Shown here piece after piece: positions 1 to 11,987 of a DNA stretch of 64,000 nt. The notes under the pieces were generated by a model, which searched no databases, was not told the DNA's origin, and was given only the letters and a program-made list of their open reading frames with translations. The position numbers and the translations under genes were made by a program. The stretch spans positions 148,118,001 through 148,182,000 of the forward strand of contig OZ024743.1 of NCBI GenBank assembly GCA_964016885.1, read 5' to 3'. The stretch comes from Eledone cirrhosa. Its lineage: Eukaryota. Each line of letters starts with the position of its first letter. Within the stretch, counting starts at the first letter, position 1.

Positions 1-55
1 TGTGGATAAAAAATTGGTTTTGCGCCAAGATTGAGAAATGACTCTTTCACAACAA

Positions 56-103
<48 letters not shown>

Positions 104-172
104 TAGTAGTAGTAAGGTGTTCGATGCTGCGACAATAGCCACCAGAGATGTGTGTCAAATGGCTATTAAGAT

Positions 173-206
<34 letters not shown>

Positions 207-497
207 ACAAACACACAGCAGAGTCATTCGAAGGTCAAAAGATATTTTTCAGCTTTTGTCTTATACGGAGAAGTGCGTGTGTGTGTGTGTGTGTATAAGT
301 CTCTTTGTATGTTGATGTACGCGTGTGTATGTGTTTGTGTATATATGTGTGTGTGTGTGTGTGTGCGTGTGTGGGTGGACCAGTATTTTTTTCCCCCCTG
401 GTAAAATGGTGTACATTATTCGATTTTTTCAGTAAAATCGGTTCTCTTAATAGAACATCAACAATCTTAACAATAAAAGGTGTGAAATGATATTCAC

Positions 498-544
<47 letters not shown>

Positions 545-754
545 TTTCACTACATATATATATATATATATATACATATATACATACATATATATGCACA
601 TATATTTTTTTGTATTGCACCATAGAGCATGTGTGTTTACGTGTGTCATTGTGTTTATATGTGGGTAGAGATGTGTGCTGATGTAGGTATGTATGTTGAC
701 GTGTGTATATATATATTAAAATAACAGATTAAAGTTTAAGCAAAGAATCGCTGC

Positions 755-857
<103 letters not shown>

Positions 858-1137
858 TATATATATAAATATATATATATATAAGAGAGTATTGAAGTTT
901 GCTTGAAGCATTGTGGAATAATAGGTAAGCATCTTTAAGTCGTTTGGAAGCCTCGACAATGCAAATGGGTAAATCTCCGGGTAACAAGATCCGGTGGTGG
1001 AGAGAGAGAGATGTAAGTGGGTGTACGTTGAGATGCGGGGTGTGTATAAGACGTGTAGAAGAATGAAGGAAAGAGTATAAAGGATAAAATAAAAATAAGA
1101 ACACGAGAGAGAGTTACCTTGGGAGAGATTTAATTGT

Positions 1138-1173
1138 CCCTATATATTTCGGATTCACATCCATCAACTGGGG
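1138..1173 (-). ncRNA. Hammerhead-like motif with variant core (P1 left arm)
   Basis: CCC-CAGTTGA-t-GGAT gtga ATCC-GAAA-TATA-TA-GGG on the minus strand. Confidence 0.5.
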
Positions 1174-1595
1174 TTTTTTCCGGGGTGGGGGAAAGGTTGT
1201 CTGTCGGAAAGGTGCGAAACGCGTCCTCCGCTGATTGTTGTTTTGAATATCTGAGGTATTCAGCAGAGCGCGCGTGCGCGTAAAATGGTGTCGGCCGGGC
1301 AGAGTCAGCTGCCGAATGTGGGAGTGGGGTGGTGCTAGCTGTAAGTCCATTATCTGCCTGTTTGTTAAATGTTACTCTGTGTGTGCGTGTGTTGTTGTTT
1401 CGCTTGTGTGTGTGTGTATTGTTGCCTTGTTCCTCTGTATTGGCAGTGTAGTATGTTCGTATGGTGGAATGCTACTGTGTGTGTGTGCGTGTGCGTGTGT
1501 AGTTGTCTCGTTTGTGTGTGTGTGTGTGCGTGTGTTGCTGCATCGTTTGTTAACTTAAACCAGCCACCTGATTTCGCTTCTCTCGGATCGATTGT

Positions 1596-2405
1596 TTATT
1601 TGCGGTGCAAGGCGTTTGATAAAAAGCGCTTCCTTGATACGTAATGTGCCGACGTTTTTTCAGTCGCTAGAATTGTGACAATGGGCCTTCCGTCTTTCTT
1701 TCCGCATTTGTCTATGTGTTTCCGGAAAGACGAGTTCCTGGTTTTAGTGTGTTCCTTGATCCGGATGTGCAAAGGTCGGATTGTGCTACCTATATAGTAT
1801 TGGTTGCACCTGTCACATTCTATCTTATACACGACGTATGTGCGTAGGCAACAGTTCGCATTTCGTATCGGGCAGTCTCTGAGGGAGCACGCGTCAGTAG
1901 ATTTCCCGGGTTTCCTGGAGAGGCATCTTCGTAGGGAGAGGCCCTCCCTCCGTATAGCCTTGCGGATAGCCTTGGTGGTATTCTCGCCCAGGTGTGGCAT
2001 TTTAAGGAAGCACTTGTCTTGGGTGCCTCTCTGTCTCTTGTGTCTGGTGTCTCCTACTCTGTCTGTAAGCGAGGTAGGGTACCCGTTCGTCTCCAGCACC
2101 TCGAGGAATCGCTTGGTATGAGTGACACCACTCGCGGGATCGCTGCATCTGATTTTGATTCGCGCGATCTCGTTCGTGATGTATCCTCTTTTGGTACTGT
2201 TAGGGAGGGCGGACTTGTAGTGAACGAACAGGTCCCTGCAGGCTGCCTTTCGGTAGAAGTTGCAGTGGATCCTTCCCTGTTCCGTGATGTTGATTCGGAA
2301 GTCGAGGAGGGCAAATGACCCGTCTTCGTTGGGGTGTTCAACACTGAAGTCAATGTTCTCGTCCGTGTTGTTGAACGTCTCATAGATTCTGTTCGCCGGA
2401 AACAA
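1596..2405 (-). pseudogene. PLE ORF C-terminal fragment: RT thumb plus GIY-YIG endonuclease
   Basis: FSVEHP..FALLDFRI..FYRK (RT motifs 6-7), C-x4-CP-x5-C linker, VVYKIECDRCNQYYIGSTIRPLHIRIKEH (GIY-YIG); frameshifted near the end. Confidence 0.9.
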
Positions 2406-2406
2406 A

Positions 2407-2442
2407 CCCCAGTTGATGGATGTGAATCCGAAATATATAGGG
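2407..2442 (+). ncRNA. Hammerhead-like motif with variant core (P1 right arm)
   Basis: ccc CAGTTGA t GGAT gtga ATCC GAAA tata TA ggg; stems I and II pair, stem III is palindromic, core differs from CUGANGA at two positions. Confidence 0.5.
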
Positions 2443-2643
2443 ACAATTAAATCTCTCCCAAGGTAACTCTCTCTCGTGTTCTTATTTTTATTTTATCCTT
2501 TATACTCTTTCCTTCATTCTTCTACACGTCTTATACACACCACGCATCTCAACGTACACCCAATTACATCTCTCTCTCCACCACCGGATCTTGTTACCCG
2601 GAGATTTACCCATTTGCATTGTCGAGGCTTCCAAACGACTTAA

Positions 2644-2701
<58 letters not shown>

Positions 2702-2819
2702 TATTACATATATATACATATATACATGTATATATATATACACACATATATATATATATATACTTTTACATATATATACATATATATACTATTACATATA
2801 TATACATATATACATATAT

Positions 2820-2927
<108 letters not shown>

Positions 2928-2968
2928 GTATATATATATATATGTAAAAGTATATATATATATATATT

Positions 2969-3017
<49 letters not shown>

Positions 3018-3018
3018 A

Positions 3019-3082
<64 letters not shown>

Positions 3083-3174
3083 TGTAAAAGTATATATATA
3101 TATATATATACACACACACATATATAGTTATGTAAAAGTATATATATATATACTTTTACTTATATATGAATAGA

Positions 3175-4290
3175 GCATGAGGTGGTGATATATATGATGG
3201 CGAAGAATTCCATACGAAGATGCATTAAATTCAGGGTCGGGTCCAATTTGTTCTCCCAGTATGCATGCGCGTTGGTGTCTGGTCTGGCTGATTCGAGATC
3301 GGTAGATCCTCTCACTTCGGTCGCAGGGAAACGCCTTTATTTTGCTTTTATATGTCCTGACCCAGCCCTTTTACCGGGCTTCCTGGCTTGCACGACAGTT
3401 TGCCTCGAATGCGCTGGTGGCCTGCTGGATGGTGTAGCGCCAAGCATTGCGGCCAGCAGCCAGGCAGGTCCATTGCTGAGGGTTGATGTTACATGTTTTC
3501 ATGGTCTTGTTTAAGATGTCTTTATACCGCTTCTTAGGAGCATCGTTGTTTCGACACACCAGAAGACCATTCTCGGGAGAGCACAATTCTGGCAGGCGAT
3601 GGTCTGTCAATCTGGAAACATACCCTACCCAGCACAGCTCTCTACATAAGAGATAAGAGTGGCCTTGATATTGGAGGTGTTCTTTCCAGTCAATGTTTAG
3701 TATGCTGCGCAGAGAAAGTTGGTGGAATGTCCCCCAGAGACGGGTGTAACAGCGACACAAAACCCAAGTCTCAGAGCCGTATAAGAGGATGGTAAAGACT
3801 CTGTAGACTCTGGGTTTTGTCTCTGTTTTGAGGTAATTCTTTCTCCACATCCTTTTGTTTAGTCTTCCGAAGGTGCTGTTAGCTTTCACTAGTCTGTTGT
3901 CCAATTTCTTCTGTCGATAAATGATACTCCCAAGATAATAGAATTGCTGCACAGCTTTCAGCTGTTTGCTTGATCGAAATGTCTTGGGATGGTATATATC
4001 TTATGGAGCAAGTTGGTAGAGATCTTCAGCCCAAAGGGATCAGAAGCGTTTATAAAGTATGAAATTAGGCGTTGCGTGGCTCTTCCAGTATGCGCAACAA
4101 GCACGGTATCATCAGCAAACAGGAGCTCGCCGATCAGTTTTTTAGTGGTCTTGGAGTGTGCCTGCAACTGTCGCAAGTTGAAGAGGCTTCCATCAGAGTG
4201 AAATCTAATGTAGATCACTTCATTCTTTTTCAGATCTTTAACGGCTGGTTTCAGCGTGCTAAAAAATAAGAGAATAGAGTTGACGCGAGA
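3175..4290 (-). mobile_element. RTE-clade LINE, 3' part of RT ORF, degenerate
   Basis: IYIRFHSDGSLFNLRQLQAHSKT..ELLFADD, FYYLGSII, LLYGSETW, WVGYVSR, PKKRYKD.L; frameshifts. Confidence 0.88.
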
Positions 4291-4295
4291 ACGCA

Positions 4296-4403
<108 letters not shown>

Positions 4404-4428
4404 GGTTACGACAGTTAGTTCACCATAC

Positions 4429-4466
4429 CGAGAACAATTGTTTCACCTTAGCGGATCCTCAGCTCG
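4429..4466 (-). ncRNA. Minimal type I hammerhead ribozyme
   Basis: cgag CTGAGGA t cc gctaa gg t GAAA caattg TT ctcg; perfect stem I, palindromic stem III. Confidence 0.8.
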
Positions 4467-5024
4467 TAATGGACATGGTTATACGGAACAGAAAGAACAA
4501 CCGTACGAACGCGCATGCGCAAAAACGATCACTTCACACAGGCAATACTAAATTGCGTGCGAGAGGTGTGAGGAGGATAACTGCGAAAGTCCGAAAAGTT
4601 TCTAGTTGATAAAAAAATTAGGATTTTATAGTAATTCAATCCGGAGCTTTGTAGTTATGTAAGAGGTGTTCCCAGACGTGTGGACAACGTGTGAAGAAAT
4701 CATTTATCGTGTTTAGGCAATCACTATTTCGTAATCTCTTTAGAATATTTATTCGTTCATCAATACATAGTCCACACGACAAATTTCCCCTTGCCTATGG
4801 CTTGGACTTAGTGATGGCTTTCCATTGAATGGAGTAGTCTATACTTGAGTCCTTGAGGGACCATACGTGGCTCGCGAGTTTCGTGGATGAACGTCTTCCC
4901 GGGTACCTAAAGTCGACTGGTGGTTCAGGAAGCGATCCTTAAATCGGCCCTCCGCCATATGATCGTTTCTGCGCATGCGCGTTCGTATGGTTGTCCTTCC
5001 TGTTCCGTATAACCATGTCCATTA

Positions 5025-5062
5025 CAAGCTGAGGATCCGTTAAGGTGAAACAATTGTTCTCG
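5025..5062 (+). ncRNA. Minimal type I hammerhead ribozyme
   Basis: caag CTGAGGA tccgttaaggt GAAA caattg TT ctcg. Confidence 0.75.
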
Positions 5063-5152
5063 GTATAGTGAACTAACTGTTGTGTAACCACTTCTACCTA
5101 ACTCGTCCCATGGACTGAGTGCTCTACCACTACGGATCTTCCAGTGTTCTAC

Positions 5153-5201
<49 letters not shown>

Positions 5202-5204
<3 letters not shown>

Positions 5205-6660
5205 AAAAAATGAAGAAGAAAAGAGTCAACAGTACAAAAAAGTGTTTTTATTTACAGTCTAACAATTGTTTCACTGATTAAGTTGTCTAAAAATTGCTGA
5301 ACACTTAAAGCAGTGCCACTTAATTTTAAATACGTTTTTAGCTTAACCAGATCATCGGAGAAAACTGTTTTATGTTCAGTTTTTACGAATTCAAATTACA
5401 GCATCATTAATAATATTAATAATAAAGATAAAGAAAAAAGAAAGAGAGATAGAGAGGAAAAAGAAAGAAAAAGGAGAAAGGAAAAAAGAGAAAGATATAG
5501 AGAAAAAACACAGAGAAAAAGAGGATAGAAAGAGAAGAGAAAAGGGTAAAGAAAAAATAAAAGGTAAATAAAAATAAAAATAAAGGGAAAAATAATGATA
5601 TCAACAATAAATGAATAAATACTAATAAATAAGTTACATCGAGGATGATACAATATGGAAAAAAATAAATAAATAAATGTTTATATGTGCGAAGAAAAGT
5701 AAACATAATAAGATTATTGAGAGTAGTTGTGGTATTGCTGGTTAAAACATAGAGATACGAAGGTATAAACATGAAAATGTTAAATATATTCATGTGTGTA
5801 TTGGTTATTTTAATAAATTAATTACATAATTTGATTAATTAATTGTAAGTTATATTAGAAGTAAAAATAATACGTTAAGATGAAATGCAAGAGATGAAAT
5901 AAATTTAGGGAGAGAAATAGAAAGATAGAAAATGAAAATGAAAGAGAGAGATGTAAAATATAAAATATAAAATATAAAATATAAAAGGTTATGATGTTGG
6001 TTCATTGACAGATGATGACAATTATAATAATAATGATGATAATAGGATATTATAATAGATCTAAGTGGTACAATTTGAGTTATGGAATAGATGGGAGGAA
6101 TTAAGTTGGTCTAAAGTTATCAAATTTGGTCGCCGTTTTATGCCTACAGAAAATAGTTCTTTCAATTTTGCTGTTAAGTAGCATTTTGTTGTATTTTAAA
6201 ATAGCTCCATATTACAAAGACCACAGTGAGACATGCCAATTATATAGGCTATTGCTGTTGATAACTTCGTCCAGCTGATTCTGTATTCCTGGTTTGCATC
6301 TTTGAGCTGCCAGATTTTATTGGCGAGGGTCGTTGTATTCATAAGCTTCCTGTTATTTATAGTGTCTGTGGAACTTATGTAGTGACATGCTAAGCTGCCT
6401 GAATTTATAGTACATAGGTACACTATATTTGACTCTAGGCATCTATTTTGTAATGGGCATTTATCAGGGAGATGACAGTTACATTGATGCCTTCCTATGT
6501 GCCGGTTCTGCGATATGGTTTTGTATGTTGTTATGTATGGTCTGAGAATTGGGTTTGTTGATGTATTTTCATGATGTGTGCCGACGTGTGTTTAGTTGTG
6601 ATGATGTTATGTGTTTCTGTTTTATATTTGGTGTTATGGTACTTGTTTGCGGGCTACTTG
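5202..6660 (-). mobile_element. PLE 3' remnant (family P3): degenerate GIY-YIG, AT-rich 3' UTR, hammerhead
   Basis: CHLPDKCPLQNRCLESNIVYLCTI..TTLANKIWQLKDANQEYRISW..CGLCNME on minus strand 6130-6490; ends in (TA)n at 5200. Confidence 0.75.
5255..5367 (-). ncRNA. Hammerhead with CCGAUGA core and long stem II
   Basis: tct CCGATGA t ctggttaag..(about 60 nt)..cttaatcag t GAAA caattg TT aga. Confidence 0.65.
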
Positions 6661-7183
6661 TATTAGAAATTCTCGATATCATACACAACACATGATATAT
6701 ACCATATAATATACATCACATATAATGTATAATATCTCTGCTAGGTTTCTGTAAATCCTAAATCGACAAAATCCACTTGCAGGGGTCTGCAAGTTAATGG
6801 TTTTTGGAAGATAGAACAAGGAATTTACTTCGTCAACAAGTTTTTTCGTTCTCGTCCGCCCGGGTGTGAATGCTAGTAGTAAGCACTGTCAGAGGTTTTC
6901 CCGAAGGAACAAAGCAATAAAATTCCTTTACACAAACCGAATTAAGCACTCAACTAGAAGTTATCAAACAAACATAAACAATTAATCAATCAATAGAATT
7001 GTCTAATTCAATTAATCAATTAATCGTTAATTCTAGGAGATAATCTGGTTGCAGCCAAGCTAACGAATGCAATCTCGGTGTGCAGCTAAGCACTCAATAG
7101 GGTATATTACCCTAGAGTTATAACATTACGTTACGTTTAGACAGCTTTGCAAATTGAAGACAGCGACCGATAGGCGGGCCGCA

Positions 7184-7197
7184 GTGACCATAGCGAC
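7184..7197. promoter_or_regulatory. Possible RFX X-box in a non-repetitive CpG-containing patch
   Basis: GTGACCATAGCGAC resembles the X-box consensus GTNRCCATRGYAAC; GC-box-like ggcgggcc just upstream. Confidence 0.25.
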
Positions 7198-9742
7198 GAA
7201 AAAAACTGAACTCAGGATAGAAATTTGACTAACCTGATAATTTAAATTAAAAAATATAGGTATATATAGTGAAAGAATTTGACACATATCTTTTGAGAAA
7301 CACATAGTATTTTGTATGTATATAAATCACATTATATTAAGGAAAAGGTGGAAAATCATTTATTTCCATTCTGGTACCATTTCATAGTTCGTAAACTCCA
7401 AAAATTGATCTATGAAATAGATTATCGATTACCAACTATCAATTTTTGTAAAGCTACGGAAATCTGGAAACTAATCACCGGATGAATCATCTTTAGATGT
7501 ACACCTTTATATATGTCGGGATCTGAGAGCTAGTTAAAACTATACACTGCATGGTGTGAGGGAACGTTTTAACTCTCCCGGCAAACACAAATACGACTGG
7601 ACGTCGTATCTATAGGTAAGAGGTGCGAAGAATTAGTCAGTTTAAGCAGCTCAATAAATTTAAAATTCAGAGCAGTTTACGAAGTATGAAACGTTACCGT
7701 AAGGAAAAAGCAGTCAATATTGAAGCCAGAGAGAGTGGTGTGGGAGATTTAAGAATAAAGGAAGCCTTGCTTATACTTAGACACAACCCATTTGCATTTC
7801 CATTTTAAAGTATGTACTTTTTCCTAAATACTATAAGCTTTATATATATGTACAAAATACAATGTGTTTCTCACCACTAGATGACAGAATGAATAATTTA
7901 TCCGATACCACTTAGTTCTCCTTCTCTATATTACATGACTTGCAGTATATAAAATGTGATTTAAAGTTGAATTAAAATCTAAGCAAACAATTGTGGTGTG
8001 CCCGGTTTGTTTTTTAAAAAACTTTGTTTAATACAGATGAAAACAAAATATAGTTTAAATAGTGGAAATATGATAGAGGCTTTGGCATTTGTGAAGGACA
8101 TACCAGAAAGAAACCACAACTCATGGTTTGCTATAATAGGAAGTAGTTTGAATGCTCGCAAAAGAGTGAAAGTTACTAAACGTAACCATGAATATGATTA
8201 TAATCCTAACCCGGTTGATGAATTTGGCCTGAATGATTCGTGACGAACCTGTTCTACAAACAAGTGTCGGTTACGACAATTAGAAAAGGTCTTTTATCAT
8301 TGGTTTTTCCTTATGTACTTTCCCTGATGTATTACTTTCCGGATCAGTCAGTTTCAGTGTTAACTTTTTAATTTGTACAAACTTTCACTTTCTCAAAACA
8401 TAAAATAGTAAAAAAAAAAAAATGAAACAAAAAAAAAGAAAAAAAAACTCAAGTAGTATGCTTGAACGAAATATCCTGTTTCCTATATTTTCTGACATTT
8501 GATGCAAGAAGAAGATAAGGCGAGGAAAATGTGAAATAATAAAAATTATAAATAATTGAATAAACAAACTTTTTGAAATATATTCTTCTTCGTTTTTTTT
8601 ATTAACTACTCTATTCCCTACTGATAGCAGCCCGGGCCTCGAAGAAAAAGGACTCTTCGAGAATTCACACACATACGGACACACTGACAGAGATAGATAC
8701 TGATACACACACACTCATACACATAATCGAAATACGATCAGGTACAATGAAAATTGTAGTCAGATATACAGAAACACTCGCATCCACATGCAACTATATT
8801 CATTCATACATAAACACATACACACACACATACACTCACGCTCATATATATATATAGATAGATATACACACACACAAACACACATATATTTATATATGTA
8901 TGTATATGTATATATATATATATATATGTACATATATATATGTATATATATATATATATGTATATATATATGTATATACATATATATATATATACGTATA
9001 TATATATATATATATTTGTGTGTGTATATTTGTGTACTACCTCGCGCATAAACATACACGGATGTTCATTTAAACATATGTGTAGAAACACACATAGGCA
9101 TATATGCACACATCCAAAGTGCAATGATTTGTGAAACACGGAAAAAACAAGGTTTGAGATATGAACTGTTTATCACAGACTTCCTATGATCCGACACCTT
9201 ATACTTGAGATCCGGTGTTCGTTACACCATGACACTGAAAACCAAGCTACTAACTTCCCTATGTCAGTGTCTATAAATATTGATGTTTGATGGCAAAGAA
9301 AAAACATGAATATTTCCTCATTTGCTATCAACTTTTCATAAATTAGGCACCTGACATTATCAATATATCAAAATGTCAGTATTTCACCGTCGTTACCAAC
9401 ACCAAGTTTTCTCCTCTACCAGAACTACTAGCACTACAAGTACCATAATTTCCAGTTTACTTGTCTTATTGCACACGGTGCAAGATTATGCCTTGCTTAT
9501 GTTGTCTGTTTCCGTGCTGTACTGTACATTACTCCATACCTTGATGGTTCCAGCAGCATGGTAGATTTTCTATGGATAGAAATTGTTAGCACCTTACTCA
9601 ACTCTTCTCCATTCTGCAAAAAGTGATGCTGTAAGTTGTTCTCCACTAACCTTCTCAAATTGCAAGGTAGCGTTTACGAGATAGCGGAAGAAAGATGAAG
9701 AAATAAAACCTCAAGTATTGCATTGATAATGTATTTAGCTAC

Positions 9743-10972
9743 CTAGGAAAGATGTGCTACAAAGTTGACCTCCATAAAAAAGCCCCGGACCACCTCCGTC
9801 TCCCAAACTGGACGGTACGGCAAATAAAGACTGAGGGTAAAACGCTCCACTGTTTCGTCTAGGGCAAAAGGACTCATTTGCGAACCTTCTGCACTTAACT
9901 CAAAAAGGCAAGGGGTTGAAATCCTCCACTGTTGCTGACGCCGGGGCGGGGACCAACACCAACACCAACACCAACAACACAACCAGCATCAACAGAAGCG
10001 GAACCGCTACCAACAACGATGACCACGCAGGCGTAAGACAAGGAAAGCTCTCCCATTCCTGCTCTCCGCACCAAAATACTCATTTACACAAACACAAACT
10101 TCACACAAAAAAACTTCCACACAGAGACATCTCGTCTTCCAGTAGTGAAAACGATGCAAAACCCTTAAAAGCAATAGAACAAAAGAGGAGGCATATATTC
10201 CACTGATCACACACACACACAAAACAGGAAATGCAGCCGCCACACACACAACAAACACCACACCAACACCATCACCATAACAATCCCCCAAACGCAAACA
10301 ACCACAGCAAACACAAGAATAAAAGAACACACAATCAACTGAAAGCGCAGGCAACACACCCGCAGCAAACGCACACACATTCAAAACAACCACGACAGCA
10401 CCATCACTACCACAATCACCCACACGCAAACAAGTAAAACCACAACAAAAACAAAGCACAAAAAACATCGTGCTGGTAAGAATGGTCAAAGAGGAATTGA
10501 TGGCCCTCACAGCACAAAGACAAGACATTGAGAAACAAGGGAGGCGTTTTGGAACCAGAATATTTCGCGTGTCAGAATATTTGTTTCTGGTACGAGTGTC
10601 ACTGGACACTTACAAAGGGATTAGAGAGAGTTTTCCTTGTGACGTTGAAACTTTGAATATAAGACAAACAAGCAGACTGCTGAGGGGTTCTCAAAAGAAC
10701 TGTAGATGGGTAAATTTGAGGAGGAGAGGGGTGCCCTTCCCGGGTGTTCTCTAAGCGCCGGGTCGAACAGGATTGGTGGGGTACCTGAGTGAACCCTGGG
10801 TGGTCATCCCCCCTATTGGGGAATTTTTCTTGTTGTATTTTTCTTGTTACTTTGTTATTTTTATTTATATTGTTTACACGTTATATATGTAAAACCCCAC
10901 TGTCCCAGTCTTTTGTATTGTTCCCTATATGTCGGCCCTTATAGCCAATAAATAAAATCATTATTATTATTA
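9743..10972 (+). mobile_element. Tx1/L1-like ORF1 (gag-like) remnant joined to a Tx1-type 3' end, no ORF2
   Basis: HCFV*GKRTHLRTFC zinc knuckle at 9848-9892, low-complexity T/N/K tail, then ccctattggg motif, AATAAA and (ATT)n as in the neighbouring Tx1 3' UTRs. Confidence 0.6.
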
Positions 10973-11920
10973 TTGGAGACTGGCCCTCGACCAGTCGGGC
11001 AATGTGATCGGTGGAAACTCCACCTTGGCGTTCTATAGAGGATTGGTGGAGGGGAAGAGCGACGACGTACTTGGGAAGCTCTAGGCGTTGACTAAAATCA
11101 ACTAGCCAATCTCTTCGGAAGAACTTTCGGCCGGGGTCTATGGACAATTTCCAGAAATCCCTGGCCTGGCATTGCTACCGAGGAGCTTTGCCAGTTTGGG
11201 ATAAACTTACAGGCATGGAAGTGCCGTCAGCCGGGCATGTCCGAGATGCGCGCAGGGCGACAAAACCGTCCTGCATGCACTCGTCCAGTGTCCGAGCATT
11301 GCTGACTTGTGGGTTTATGTCGAACACCTGCCGTCGCGTGCAGAACGGATCCGGCTATCAGCTGAGTCCATCGTGAGGATTTTCCCGGCTTCTTCCTTTA
11401 GCCGGGAAGGGCAGGCAGTTTTTATCTCTCTGGTGGCCATGGCGAAAGAGATAGTATGGTGGACGCGTCTGAAAGGGCTGAAGACAAGCATTTACCTCTT
11501 CGGTAATGCCCTGATTAACTTTTTCAAGTTTCATTTGAAAAGGAAAATCAGGGTAGAGAGGGAAGTGCTCTCTTCCCAGCATTTTGTTGAAAGATGGGTG
11601 AGAGCGGCAAGAATGGCTCGAGTGAATGGGCCCACTCTGAGTATATGACTGTAAATTGAAGGTGGAAAACAGGGAGAGGGCACCTGCCCTGGTGGTCAGG
11701 GTCACCGGGGATTTTTTTTTAATGGTCTTACTCCACGATGTCCCTCGAAAGTCTCCCCCCTATTGGGGAATATTTCATTGTTCTTTTTTGTTACATCATC
11801 TGTTTTTTGTTTTTTTCACACGCAGAAATGCCCATATGTAACGTCCTGTATTGTCCTGTACTGTCCTTAATGTCTACTTTGTGTAAACCCTTGTGGTTAA
11901 TAAAAAAAGCATTATTATTA
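10973..11920 (+). mobile_element. Tx1/L1-clade LINE, 5'-truncated 3' end
   Basis: MDNFQKSLAWHCYRGALPV, CPRC..TVLHALVQC (zf-RVT), AMAKEIVWWTR; 3' UTR with ccctattggg and aataaa; between (ATT)n and (ATT)(GTA)n; homologous to 41760-42520. Confidence 0.88.
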
Positions 11921-11921
11921 T

Positions 11922-11987
<66 letters not shown>

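Larger units (their letters stand above)
884..2647 (-). mobile_element. Penelope-like retroelement, 5'-truncated, with inverted pseudo-LTR (family P1)
   Basis: 931-1176 is the reverse complement of 2404-2647; both ends abut (TA)n; encloses the RT-thumb/GIY-YIG ORF fragment. Confidence 0.9.

Noticed and set aside
7998-8243. 81-aa ORF as host exon
   Set aside because: No recognisable domain and no clear donor site
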